A stretch of DNA of 64,000 nucleotides, taken from Cycas panzhihuaensis (lineage: Eukaryota; Plantae; Cycadophyta). Both the position numbers and the translations under genes were made by a program. Below are positions 1-12,719 of this stretch, piece by piece. The notes under the pieces were generated by a model. The model made no database searches, was not told the DNA's origin, and saw nothing but the letters and a program-made list of their open reading frames with translations. The stretch's first letter is position 1. Each line of letters opens with the position of its first letter. Location: positions 173,421,741-173,485,740 of the forward strand of contig CM041465.1 in NCBI GenBank assembly GCA_023213395.1. Reading direction: 5' to 3'.

Positions 1-2500
1 CTTTATACTTTATAGCATTTTTGACACCATTGAACTATATGTCTAAATTTTCTTTCTCTTTAAGAATACAATTCATATTTTGCTTGAACTGTGAAAACAT
101 GGTATCTTTTAAGAAAGGAAGAAATGAACAAGAGACTATAAAAATGATAGCAACAAATGACCAATCACTATTTATTAATAGGAGATGTAATGAAGTAGTG
201 TAGTAGAAGGAAGAATGGTTGCTTAAAGATGAAAGGAGTAACTTAGAGAAAAGTCACCAGCACTTGGGATAAATATTAACCTAACGTAGCAAGAATATGA
301 GAAGCACTATGATAAAAGTTGGCTACTAATACTTATGGCAAATATTAACCTAATACAATTGGAATATAAGAAGCACTATGATTGTGATTACACTATGGAT
401 CATTATTTACAAATAAGTAAGTGATTAATATATAAGATTATATGCCAATATAGAAGTTGATATCATTCAGTGTACACAACTTTAGAACTCAAATATAGTA
501 TATATAATCAACTCAATAACCTATAACTTGTATCCAACGTATAATTGAGGTTACTGAAGGGATGCCTAGGCTTCTGGTAGAATTAAATTGGCTTTTACCC
601 ATGATATCTTTAATTGTACTTGGTGATAAAATTCAAGTCACAATGGAGCATAGGCACTCCCAATCCTTATCTAGTTCACTAATAAGCAATTATATACTTT
701 TTTTTTTAAAGAATGGTATATGCATACCCATGGCTATGATGGATATTAGATTGGGTATATTTTAATCTTGTATTAAAGTTTTCATTTTTTTGGTTGGTTA
801 TTAGGATGATCCCTAATTGAGGCATGATGGTATGGCTAACCAAACCTTACCAATATTTCGGTTAAGTCTAGTCCCAACTTGAAACCCACACCTCCTTTAT
901 GGCATAATATTCTGCCAACCAAGGTATCTCAACCTTGGTAAGTATTTGAATAGGTACAAGATAGCAGAAAATAATGTATGTGATATATTCCTTTTAGAGA
1001 GAGTGAAATGATTATCAAATTTGCATCAAACATACATGTAACTGAAAATATAGTGTTTTTGGAGTGCTTGTTTGGAGTGTTTGCTTGGAGGGATTTTGGA
1101 GTGCTAAAATGAAATATTGATAAATGAGTGAGGGAATTATATATTGCTTCAATCTAGGTGTTTTTTTTTTTTTTTTAACTCACTTTAACAATGGGCTTTT
1201 AAGCCTTACAAAAAGAAGGAAGAAATTTTTTTCACAATTTTTTATATATAAAAAATGTAGTCTCCACTAAAATAATAATAACTTTCTCCCACAGTAATAA
1301 AATTGAGTACTACTTTTTGTGATACAAACTAGAATTAGAGCTATATCTTTAGGAAGTGGAATTAGGTTAAAATAAGTTCTACAAAATTTTTGGCAACCCC
1401 ACAAAGTGGAGAGAATATATTTTTCCAAAATCCTTGCTAAAAATAACTATTATTCACTAAAATAGTAATAACTTTCTCATACGACAATAAAATTAGGTGT
1501 GTTTTTTTATGTTGGAAACTAAACTCAAAGCTACATCTTTAACAATTGGAATTAGGTTAATTAGAGCTATGTAGACTTTTTGGCATACTTGTGAAGTTCA
1601 GTAAGTAGATTTTATTTCTACAAAAAATCTAGCTTATAAATATCTCATCAACACATGATACCACATGAAATTTTCATTATTTTTTAATTACTAAGGTCAT
1701 GATATAGGTAAGGTGAGAGCATATAATAATGGATATTACAAATAGTTCTAAATTCTTAAAAAAAAAGGGTAAAACTTCCCTTTATAAATATTGTTCTAAA
1801 TACTTGAAAAATTTTGACAGCATTTCCCCTTATTAAATGGACAAAAAGAGGGGAAAGAAAAGATGAATAAGATATACATAAATGGCTACCAAAGGATTGG
1901 AATTCTTGGGCCTTATAACTCCTCATATTGTGCTTCCAAACCTATAAAAGAAAAAGGAAAAATAAACAATATTAAGTATGCTATGATAAAAACTTAAAAA
2001 TATTTTTAAATCTAGCCTTTATTTCTATGCACTATACACAAAGGCAAACATGGGGGCAAGAGAGACTTGAAAGAAAGAGTAGCTCTCACAAAATGGGGAG
2101 GTGAGAATGAGCCTTCTTTATTGAGCTTTTACTTTTATATTAAGAGAGGGAGCATTGGAGTTAGGTGAAATGAAACTATATATAATGCACATGAAAGTGC
2201 ATTTCACTTAAGTGATCTAATTTAAAGTTTACTTAAGATCCTTTTAGGGATAATAAGCTAATGTAATGACCTTGTGACATTAACCTATTTCAATTACAAG
2301 CTAGGACATAAAATAAGAATATTATCCATGCACAGAATAATATATATTCATTTCAAATATTTATCAAAAGTGTAGGAAATAGTTAAAAATAATTTCACTT
2401 GAATAAATGAAATATAAAACACATATATACAAGTTAGTAAACAACTAAACTGACTAATTCTTTAAGTGACAAAAAGACACAAACTTATTGAGACATTACA
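1..2500 (-). mobile_element. Probable long, old LTR of a large Gypsy-type element
   Basis: Ends ...gagacattaca at 2500 (TGTAATGTCTC on minus). Non-coding, with degenerate internal duplications (about 271-313 vs 340-382, and about 1265-1370 vs 1455-1560). No partner LTR in the window. Confidence 0.35.
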
Positions 2501-2899
2501 CCCTACAAAATTGTAGACATAAATAACATAGTAAAGAGAAAGGCAGCATGAGTGGGTGAGGAGGTAATCAAACCAAAATCTTATCTAATATAAGAAAATA
2601 ATATTCTAGAAAAATATTTACATTTAACAAAAGGATTAATACAAGTAATTACGTATCTTTAATTTATGTAGTGTTAGAGGGATTGATAAGAGATTTACTT
2701 CTATTTGTTTTGTCCAACAATGGAAAAATAAACAAAAATGAATAGAACAAAGATAATCACCCACACACAAAGTTATTAGAAGGAGAAAGGAATCATACAA
2801 AAAATAATTTTACAAAGAAAAAAAAGATAATATTCTCATAAATGCCTTTAATATCACCATGACAAAAAAGAAAATCATATGAAGAACACACTTATAATT

Positions 2900-4237
2900 C
2901 TTATATATACCTTTCATTAATATTAAACAAGGTTTAAAAATGCATTATTCTCCTAAACCAAAAGCCTTAAGGATTAAAATACTAATATGAATCTTAGAAC
3001 CATAATGATCCTAAAATTTATATACAGTTCCTATACATTGATCATGCATGTAATATTAAACTCTAATTTTTAAATAATATCTATTAAACCTACAAATAAT
3101 CAAAGATTACAAAACTTCATTCAATGCCTAATTTTAAGGTAGGTTAAAAGTCTAAGTTTTCGATTAATATATTGATTGAATTTATTGGCATAGCAATATG
3201 AAGCTACTTAAAAATAGAAAATATATACTAATTTCCACATAAGCCTTTGCCCCTAAATTTTAAAGAAATGATAAAATAATTTTCCTATGGGCAAAACAAC
3301 ATTATGATATCAAATTATACTTAATATACATCATGTTAAACATGAATTTATATAACATACCCAAAAATCACAAGCTACCTGTATGGGCTACTAATTACAA
3401 ATTTATTGATTCTCCAAGCATAATCCTTAGCTTATTCCTTTATATGTTACAAAACATTATGTTCCAATCACTTAATATTAAAAATTTACCATAGCCTACT
3501 GCCTAAATACAAAGATCCCTACATCATCTATTATAATTCATTACACCTAAGAGAATTAAAAGAGATTATACCCAGTGTACATGTCATGAAACAAGTCATT
3601 TCTTGATTACTATTGCAACATAGATATCATTGGCATGGGATGGGACCTCTTAAGAAGAAGGTTATTAAGCATTTGGAAATCAAAACTACAAAAACAAGGA
3701 TACTTGTTTTTAAAATTATTATTAGTTTTGGGCAGTGGCTTGTAGAAGTTTCAATATTTTGAAGAAGAATAATATGTTTGTAGAAATATGTGATGTATAT
3801 GAGCCTCCTAAAATTGTGTTGCATTTTCTTTACAATTTTTTTTATGCAAATGTAATTTAACAATAATTCCTAGTTTTGAGAGCATGGAAGAAATGTTTAT
3901 TGGTACACCTCTATAAGCTATAGGATGTAGTGAGGAGTTGAGGTTTTATTTTGGATTTGAAGAGATAGTGTAAAGTGGTATTAGGGGATAGAAATAGGAG
4001 GTTCCTTATGAGTATTAATGATGCTAATTTATGTTAGTTTATTTTGCAAGAAACTTAAAAAGGAGATTGATCCATTTTACATGGTATAAATTCTCAATTA
4101 TGATTCATCTTACCTTAAATCATTGTGGGTTGTGAAAGGAAGTTCTCCTTGGAGAAATGGAGTTGGAAGAAACCCTTTATTTAGAGCTAAGCAACAATTA
4201 TATATTAGGGATGAAAAAAATGCCCTTTAAGTGGGTT
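2900..4237 (+). pseudogene. Highly degenerate Gypsy pol (integrase-region) remnant
   Basis: Motif fragments CHETSH..LQHRYHWHGM (about 3580-3645) and FVEICDV (about 3775-3797) resemble the integrase HHCC region. Many stop codons. Confidence 0.4.
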
Positions 4238-4365
4238 TGTTATGAATCTTACCCCCCATATTCTAAAATATACACTATAAAGCTTTAATTATAGAAGTTT
4301 TAGTAGCCAAGTTAAAGAGGTAGAATGTAAGTTTCATGTTTAAGTTTAGAATGAGAAGTCACCAT

Positions 4366-4450
4366 GTGACATGAACTTGCCATTAGGTACTCGCGTGACA
4401 TGAACTTGCCATTAGGTACTCACGTGACATGAACTTGCCATTAGGTACTC
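4366..4450. repeat. Tandem repeat, 3 x 29-bp unit (gtgacatgaacttgccattaggtactc + 2 nt)
   Basis: Three identical 27-bp cores at 4366, 4395 and 4424. The homologous LTR at 24 kb has only one diverged copy. Confidence 0.95.
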
Positions 4451-4794
4451 CTATATACACTACTTCTAGCCCAAGGCTGGAACCATATGAGGCACAACCA
4501 CCTTCTATAATGCCCATTTCTATGGTTATCTTTCTACATAACAATTTTTTTTTTAATAAGGTAAAAATGAATTATAAGTGGGTCTGAAACAGGATCCCAC
4601 AACCTAGTACATCAATAATCTTTAGGCTTCCCAGTCATAGATGACTGTGACATCCCCATGGTCTAGGAATAGGAACTACATCGCTAGGACAAGCCCCATG
4701 GCTAGCTATCTCGGACCCTATCCTTCTCAACCAGAACCATAAGATCCTCTGGAAAGTCAAACCTCCACATGATGTCTTCCTTTTGCCTAACCCC

Positions 4795-7700
4795 CTAGTT
4801 TGCAAAAAAGTAAGCCGCTTTATTTCTTTCTCTCAGCGTATGCCTTATACAGACTTCTTCTAGACCCTTAAGGATCTTCTTCGCATCATTGATCATGGAC
4901 TGAAATCTCCAATCTGGGAGGGCTAAGCCTTTCAGCGAGTTAATGACTGTCTCTGAATCTCCCTCGATTACCAATTGCCTAGTACCTCCTTCAATGGCTA
5001 AATCAATAGCTTTAAACATAGCATACGTTTTTGCAAAGTGGTTCGTTTGGTGAGCATAATAATCCATAGAGGCCCATATAAGGTTTCCAAGGTTATCTCT
5101 GCAAATACCCCCTCCCCCAGCTTCTCTGGGGTTCCCTTTTGAAGCACTGTCAAAATTAATTTTTAGCCAGGACTCCTCAGGAGGCAGCCAACTGCTACAT
5201 CTAACCTTGACAACCTCATATACTGGCTCTATGCCCCACTTTAGTAGGATCCTATTCTCTGTCAAGGTGGTGTGTTTCTCCTTAATGTTTATGATATTCT
5301 CCCTAATGTCCATGAAGATTTTTTTGGAGATAGCATACTGGTCCATCTGTTTCCCCTAGAAAATTCTTCTGTTTCTTTCCTTCCAAATATTCCATGACAG
5401 TATCAGAAATGTACTCTTCCAAATACAACTTAAGACTTTGCTTCTGAACGAGCTTTGCTAGGCAGGCCATTGATCAACAACCTTTTCGGAAAAGGTCCAG
5501 CACACCTCCAATTTGCCCAATAGCAGCCCCCATACCTCTCTTGAATATGGACACCCAAGTAAGATATGGTCCATGGATTCTTCCTCTTTACAACATAAAA
5601 TACACCTGTTGGGCAGGTGGAAACCTCTCTTTTTGAGGTTATCCATAGTAAGAATTTTGTTCCTTAGACATATCCACCAAAAAGCTGCGATCTTGGGGAT
5701 AAGTGGGAGCTTCCAGACGCCTTCTAATATTTCATTCCTTTGGTCTCCCCTCACTAGGCATAAGAAGTGATAACCCTATTTGGCGGTATACTCCCCAGAA
5801 GGGCTTAAAGGCCACATAACAGAGTCTGGGGATGACGTCCTAGGGATATAGCTTTTACCTAGAATCCTTTTAGTTTTGTAAAGACCCTCCTACAACAGCT
5901 GCTTCCCCTGGAATTCCTCAAAGTTTCTCCAACTTCTATCTCTTCCTATCCCAGTCCAATAGTCCTTCACGTGGGATCCATATAACCTAACACAGGGGTC
6001 ATGGATAGGTGCTAGATCAAGATATTGCTTTAAGGCCTTATCACAGCACCAGGCATCCTCCTAGAACTTAATGGAACTGCCATCTCCCAATCTCTATTTT
6101 AGGCCTTCTCTTACAACTTTCCATGCTTTAAGGAGGCTCCTCCAAATGGTTGAGCCTACCGGCGAAGCAGGGTTTTCGATGAGAGAACCACCTTGTAGAT
6201 ATTTCCATGTGAGAATCTTCTCCCACAGTCTCTCACCCCCTTTGACTAGACGCCATCCCAGCTTGGCCCCAAGAGTAGCATTAAAAGCTGGAATCCTTCT
6301 CAGATTGAGGCCCCTGGCCCATTTCAGAGTACAGACTTTATTCCATCTCATCAGGTGTATCCTGTCTTTTTCCTCTGCCCCTGACTAAAGAAATCTCTTT
6401 TGGATGGTTTCTATAGTAGATGAGATTCCAGACGGCATTCTGAAAATGGTCATCCAGTATAATGGGATACTCTGAAGCATAGAAGCCACTAGTTGAAGCT
6501 TCCCCGTTAGACTTAAAAGAGCACCTTTCCAACCCGCCACCTTTCTTTGCATCCTGTCGATGAGGGGATTCCATATTTCCTTAGTCATCTTACCTTCAAA
6601 GAGAGGCATACTGAGGTAAGTTATGGGGAGCTTCTTAATACTCATCCCTAAAATCTTGCTGATCCTACTTTGGGTGCCCCCTAGGGTATTTATGAAGTAG
6701 ACATTACTTTTGTGCAAGCTGATCTTCTGATTCGTAACCTTCTTAAAATATCCCAAGATCTCCTTAAATTTAGATGCCTCTTTAATGGCTGCCTTCCCTG
6801 AGAAGATATTATCATCAATGAATTGGTGGTGGACCACATTGTCCACCCCTGATGTCGGTTTTAAACCTTTAATAATCCCTTGTCTTCTAGCTGTCTCCAT
6901 AGCTCTACCCAACATTTCAACCATAGTTATATAGAGAAAGGGAGAAAGAGGATCACCTTGTCTCAATCCCCTAAAGCCTGGGAAAAAACTTGAAGAGGAA
7001 CCATTTATAATGATTGAGAATTGTGGGTTACCTATTCAGAGCTTGATCCAAGTCTGCCATAAATCCCCAAAGCCAAACGCCTCTAGATAATCTAGAAGGC
7101 ACTCCCAGGAGACCCTATCGAAGGCCTTTGTGAGGTCAATCTTAATGAGCATCGCGGGCTCCTTCCTTTCCCTAATCAAATGAATTGTTTCATGGACCAC
7201 TATGAAGCTGTCGTAGATCTGTCTTCCCTGGAGGAAACTGTCTTGATTTTGAGAGATAATATTCGACATGATTTTCTTTAATCTATTGGCCAGGACCTTA
7301 GTTATAATCTTATATTTAACATTACATAGACTAATGGGATGATACTCCTCCATTCACTTCGCCCCTTCTTTTTTAGGGATAAGGACAAGGAATATAGCCT
7401 GCCATTCCTGTAGAACCTTATGATTTACATAGAATTCTTGCAGAGCCTCCATAAGGTTGCTCCTTATGATATCCCAAAACTCCTGAAAGAACCCTAGAGG
7501 AAATCCATTGGGGCCCAGAGCTTTATCTCCCTTCATACCAAATAGAGCCAGTCTAACCTCATCCTGAGTAAAAGGAGCTTCCAGCCATACATTTTGGGAT
7601 TAATTCACCAAATTGAGAATGTTTCTTAGGAAATCCTTCGTTATATCCTTATCACCGTCCTGCGGCTCAGTATATAAATCCTTGAAATAATCTTTAGCCG

Positions 7701-8898
7701 GTTCCTTCATGTCTTCCGTAGAGCTCACTACTGAACCATCTTCCCTTTGAAGGTTAGTTATTTTGTTGCTCGCCCTATGCTTAGCTGTGGTCATATGGAA
7801 AAATTTAGTGTTTCTATCACCTTCAGCCAACCATAATACCCTGAATTTTTGTCTTAAGTGTATTTCCTCTCTAGTAAGAATCTCCTCCAAGTTTTCAACC
7901 AATTCCTTCTCTGTCTTATCGAGATCTGGGGATCTGCCCTCCCACTGTATCCTATCCTTTGTCTCTTTCAGATCGCAGATGGTTTTGTCCTTGAGTACAT
8001 GGATGTTTTGAAAGACTTCCTCATTCTATACTTTTACTTGCCTTTTTACCCAGTCTAATTTCTTCGAAAATCTATACATGGCATGGTCATGCATTTGAAC
8101 ACCCCACCATTCCTCAATCTTGTTTCAGAAATCAGGGTGTCAAAGCCACATCATTTCGAACCTGAAAGGAGATCCAATGTATTTTCCCAGATCTAAGAAT
8201 TGAAATAGGAGAGGGGAGTGATCTGAACTAATCCTCGGTAGAGCCTCTAGGGTGAAGTCCTTAAAACACCTCAGCCAATCGTAGTTGACCAACACCCTAT
8301 CCAGTCTGATTTATATTAGACAATCCCCTAAACACTTATTAGACCAGGTGTACGAAGCACCCCTAAGCTTGACGTCCTCCAAGCCCCCTTGTTACAGGAA
8401 GCCTCCAAACTCGCTCATACTACTAGTCCATCCTACTATACCCCCTCTTTTATCCCATGGGCACAGATTCGTATTGAAGTCCCTTGCCAAAATCCATGCG
8501 GCTTCGCAATCCCTATGGACTTCCAATATTTTGTCCCATATCCTCTTCCTAGCCTCCTGAAGGCTTGGGGCATAGACATTAGTGGCTAGCCATTTTAGGT
8601 TGTTGCTTTTATTGGTTAGCCACAAAGAAACAAAAGATTCCTCAGCCAAATAAATTTCTCCGGACCAAACATTCAGATCCCATAACACCATTAAACCCTT
8701 AGCTCCTTGAGCGTAGTCAACTTCTATGCTCTCTGGTTTTCTCCAGATATTATTTTTGATCCTTGGACCATTCTCCTTACTTAGCTTTATTTCCTATAAA
8801 AACACTAAATTTGGGTGGTGTCTGTCCCTCATATGCATGATAATTCTCTGTTTTGAGGGGGCGTTCAGTCCCCTAACATTCCACGATATAATTTTCAT
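4795..8898 (-). pseudogene. LINE ORF2: AP endonuclease - reverse transcriptase - zf-RVT - RNase H (stops and frameshifts)
   Basis: Starts MKIISWNVRGLN at 8898. Contains NVYAP and DFN (endonuclease); KALGPNGF, PISLCN, KIDLTKAFDRV, RQGDPLSP and QFIDD (RT); ILTMDNLKKRG..CILC..HILLGC (zf-RVT); KINFDSASKGNP..IEGDS..H..RE.N (RNase H). Confidence 0.93.
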
Positions 8899-10889
8899 CT
8901 CTTTCTTATTTGCTTCCAGACTTCAACAGTTTCACCTTTCGATGGGTCTTTACCTTCTGTTCTAGATCTGAGAATGGGCCTTTCAAGGAAGGCATCGTTT
9001 AGAGTTTTCTCATTGCCTTGATCCACGTGGGCAGCCGTCTCTCTTTCTCCAAGCAGTTTCAGGGGGTGCCTACCCACCCTCTTCTCAGCTCCCATGTCCA
9101 GTGGCTTCTTCTGGGTCACAACCGAATGTGCTAAGGTGTATTGGGCCGACATCCCTAGCCCCACTGAAGTGGGCACCCCAAGGCCTTCATCCCCATCCAG
9201 CCGCACCGGGGCCTCTGATTCTTGAGCTACCTGTGCTCCATCACCTGAGAGAGAGTCCTCCTCATTCAAGGGGGGCATACCCACCCCCACCTCAACGCCC
9301 ACTTCACGTTTCTTCTTCTGGGGCTTGACTATGTGTGCTAAGGTGTATTAGGCCGAGGATCTTGGCCCTTCTGAAGTGAGAGCGCCAAGGCCGCCATCCC
9401 CTTCTGGGCACGTCGGGGCCTCTAAATCCTGAGCTACCTGCTCCCCTTCGTTTGAGAGAGTGTCCTCCTCATTGGGATCAAAATCAAGATTCAAGGGTGG
9501 GATGCTATGCGGTTTTGGAGGGGACCCAGCTCGGTCCTTTGTGACTTTAGGTGCTTCAGTGTTTCCTTGATTCTCTTATGTCTGCCCTTCCGTCCTTATC
9601 TCTATGGAGTCTGTTGCCTCTTGGGGTTTCGACTCTATGGAGTCCTCCTGCTTCCCAACCATTGAGATCTTCATACCTGGACATTTCTGGGGTAGGTGGC
9701 CTAGATTTCTACGTAGTGAGCATCTGAAATACTCCATTTCATAAACCAATGATTGTGCCCAACTCCCATCCTCCATATCAATCCATAGCTCATCTAGAAG
9801 AGGTTTATCAGTCCTGACCAAGGCACAGAACCTCGCATTTATAAGTCTGCTTCTATTCTTAAGTCACCGAGTCTATTGCTAGAAGAGGTCCCATAGCTTT
9901 TGCGATTCCTTTTAGCACTTTAAGGTTTCAGTGGAGTAAGGGGAGACCTAACAATTGGATCCATATGGGTGCTTGCCTGATTTTGGGAACGGAAGGATCA
10001 AAATCCCTATGCCATTTTTCAAGGGATAAGGCCTTTCTACTAAGAATCCATGGGGCCCTTAGGAGTATATTGGTCATATCCTCATAGGATAGAAATTTAA
10101 ATAAAATGTAGCCCTTTAGAATAGCAATTACTTCCACATTGCTTACCGTTTTCCATTTGATCCTTACCCAGCTCCTCATGGTTTCCAACCCCTGTCTGAG
10201 TCCAGAGAATCTGCTGACAAGGCAGTTCTCCCAATATTTCTCAGTTTTCTCCACTAAGCCCTGTGGGATTTTTAATCTGACCTTATTGTCCTATATAACA
10301 GGTGTTAAATCGTATGATTCTTCCTCATTTGCTCCCAGCACATCATAGTAAGATCTCCCCAGTGAAGGATTGGGGTTCTGGTTCTGGTTTTGAAGTGTCT
10401 GGTCTTTATCCATAATTAAAATACTGTATAATATAAAAATATAAACCCCATGCAAGGGCGGCAGGGACTTACCATAGCCCTAGATTCAACAATAACAACC
10501 TCAGACTCTACCCTTCTCATTGGTTTGTTTGCCTCCTCTTCTTTCTTCATCTGGTCTGGAAGGAAGTCGTTCATCCCCTTCGCCAAGTTGCTTACATCCC
10601 TAGGCAGCAAAATGCTCCCCTTGTCGGCGCAGATTTGGGAACTGGTGTGTCCAATGATCCTCCTAAGATGCTCGAGAATCCTTTCCTGAGTTTGCCTTAC
10701 CTCCGTCCCAACTTGATCAGGGGGACAGCCTGCCCCTAGTGTATCAAGGCACCTGGGTCGGACGTCCTCACTTCCATGGACAAAGGGACACCATTGCATC
10801 TGGAACCTCTGCATGCTTCCTGGCGTTGCCACCCATGTTGTATCCGGAATCCCTAAACGCGAGTTGTAGGAATGGATCGTCTCTGTCAA
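8895..10889 (-). pseudogene. LINE ORF1 (DUF4283/RRM-like plus zinc-knuckle remnant), disrupted
   Basis: KGYILFKF..PWIL..LSLEKW..PIWIQLLGLPL (9928-10254), YEMEYFRCSLRRNLGHLPQKC (degenerate CCHC), and C-terminal segment 8895-9302. The N-terminal 10416-10889 ORF becomes in frame after removing a 34-bp insertion and its 4-bp duplication. Confidence 0.85.
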
Positions 10890-12719
10890 GCTTCTAGCTT
10901 CCTAAGTTCTACATAACAAATATAAGAATGATATCTAGGTCTCATTTTAGATAAGGAAAAACCTTCCTTTTTGGATAATGCTTTCCTTAGGTGTATTGGG
11001 ATACATCTCTTATAAACTAGGTTATATCTCCTTCAACATAAAGCGGGTGCCAATGAGCTCTTTACCTCTTAGTGGTATTTATACATGTAGCTTCATTACC
11101 TAAAAATACCTTTTAGTGGATGACCAATTATCAAATTTAGAGATTCCTATCTCAAGGATGCATTAGCCTTATAATCCATCCTTGTAGACATGCCAACACA
11201 AATCCATCCATATGGAGTTAATGCTAATTTATCCTTAGAAGTTATACCAATTTATCCTTGTAAACTCTTCCTTAACGAACACCACAAACTATAAGGGGAA
11301 CAAATGTGCATCTCAATGCATAAGCTAACCTAGTCTTTTCCTTCATCTATATAAGTGATTTCTCACTTCATTCCTTATTGGCTTCTTTATACATTATTGT
11401 GTAAATGATAATACCCATCTCAAGCATCTCTATGTAAGATATTATATGCATCATAGTGCATGTGAGATACACATCCTCTTACATCCCTATGCAAGAGGCA
11501 TATGCATCCCTATGTATATGATTACACTTTTAAACATCCCTGTGTAAGAGAGTTGCATGCATCTTTATGTATATGAGCAGTTAGGATTTCTAAGCCATAA
11601 TTTTAAGTTTCATGCTATGGGTTAAGTTGGAAATTGAGGATGTATGCTATAATTAAGAAGTATATCCATAACTACTATCACATAAAAAATGATTAAAATA
11701 AGAAAAATAAATTATCAAGTTTCACCATAGCTTAAGAGAAAATTTCAAGTATTATGAATTATAAGAATTCATTCACTTATCATAATTTATTCAAAAATGA
11801 AAATTTCAAGTACATGGAATAAGAAAAATTTTACAACTCAACTTAAGAATTGCCATAAAATAATTAATAATTCATCCATCCATATAATTTTACAACTCAA
11901 CTTAAGAATTGCCATAAAATAATATATAATACCCTCATTTCCTTCTTAATTTAATGAACCCTTCATAAAAAGTTTACTATATATTATTGAGGCATAATTA
12001 TTTTGTAAGATATTATTAGATTCCATAGATATATTATTTAAAAGAAATCATACCATAGAAAATTAATACACAGTTCATTTATTCAAACCCTAGTTTCCTT
12101 TGATTTTATTCTTAAAATGAAAAGTCTATTCATTAATCAGAGTAAGATATTTCTTATTAAATTTTAGAATACATTTTACATAAGATAAAATAAAATTCTA
12201 AATTTAAAAATTTACATACAACCCAAAATATTTTTGAAATATTTCTAAAATAATTTTTGTCATTTCCAAAGGAGTATAAAGTGAGGAGAGGTGGGGGGGG
12301 GGGGGGGGGGGTGGTTGTATGAGTTAGAGGGCATAGGGGTCAAGTATGGCTTGCATACTCTAGAAACAGTATGAACTTAAGTGCATGGGTTTGTATTGCC
12401 CTTAGAAGGTTATTTTTATCACTAAATAGAAATAGGCTTCTTGTTAATAATCATATGATTTATTTTTTGCCATATAGTTAGAAACAATCTATACGAACTT
12501 GAGGGGCCTATGTAGGCCTCCTATAAGTCCATATATGTATACTTTAAGTTGTATGGATTGAATAAATTTAGATATACCTTTGTGAGGTCATATGGGACTT
12601 GCTTATCCTTGGCCATAACTAAGCAAAATTTTTAAACTATAAATTTTAATAAAGTTTCATAACACTTCTATTAAAGAAATTTCTTTTCTTGTTAAGAAAT
12701 AATTGTAAATATAAATAGG

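Larger units (their letters stand above)
4545..10906 (-). mobile_element. Near full-length L1-clade LINE (about 6.36 kb) with C-terminal RNase H, decayed
   Basis: 13-bp TSD TTCTACATAACAA at 4532-4544 and 10907-10919. Poly(A) tail appears as T10 at 4545-4554. ORF1 and ORF2 domains are in canonical order. Confidence 0.95.
4238..11090 (-). mobile_element. Gypsy-family LTR (4238-4544 plus 10907 to about 11090) split by the LINE insertion
   Basis: Removing the LINE and one TSD gives a sequence colinear with the LTR at 24028-24468 (for example cccccata..ctaaaata, aaagaggtagaatgtaagt, aatgagctcttta.ctcttagtg). Starts with TG at 4238. Confidence 0.75.

Noticed and set aside
4366-4450. CRISPR-like direct repeats
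   Set aside because: Units are head-to-tail with 2-nt linkers and no unique spacers. There are no cas genes and the context is a eukaryotic LTR.
12293-12311. Long poly-G run (G-quadruplex candidate)
   Set aside because: Simple homopolymer in decayed TE sequence. Its length is unreliable and there is no functional context.
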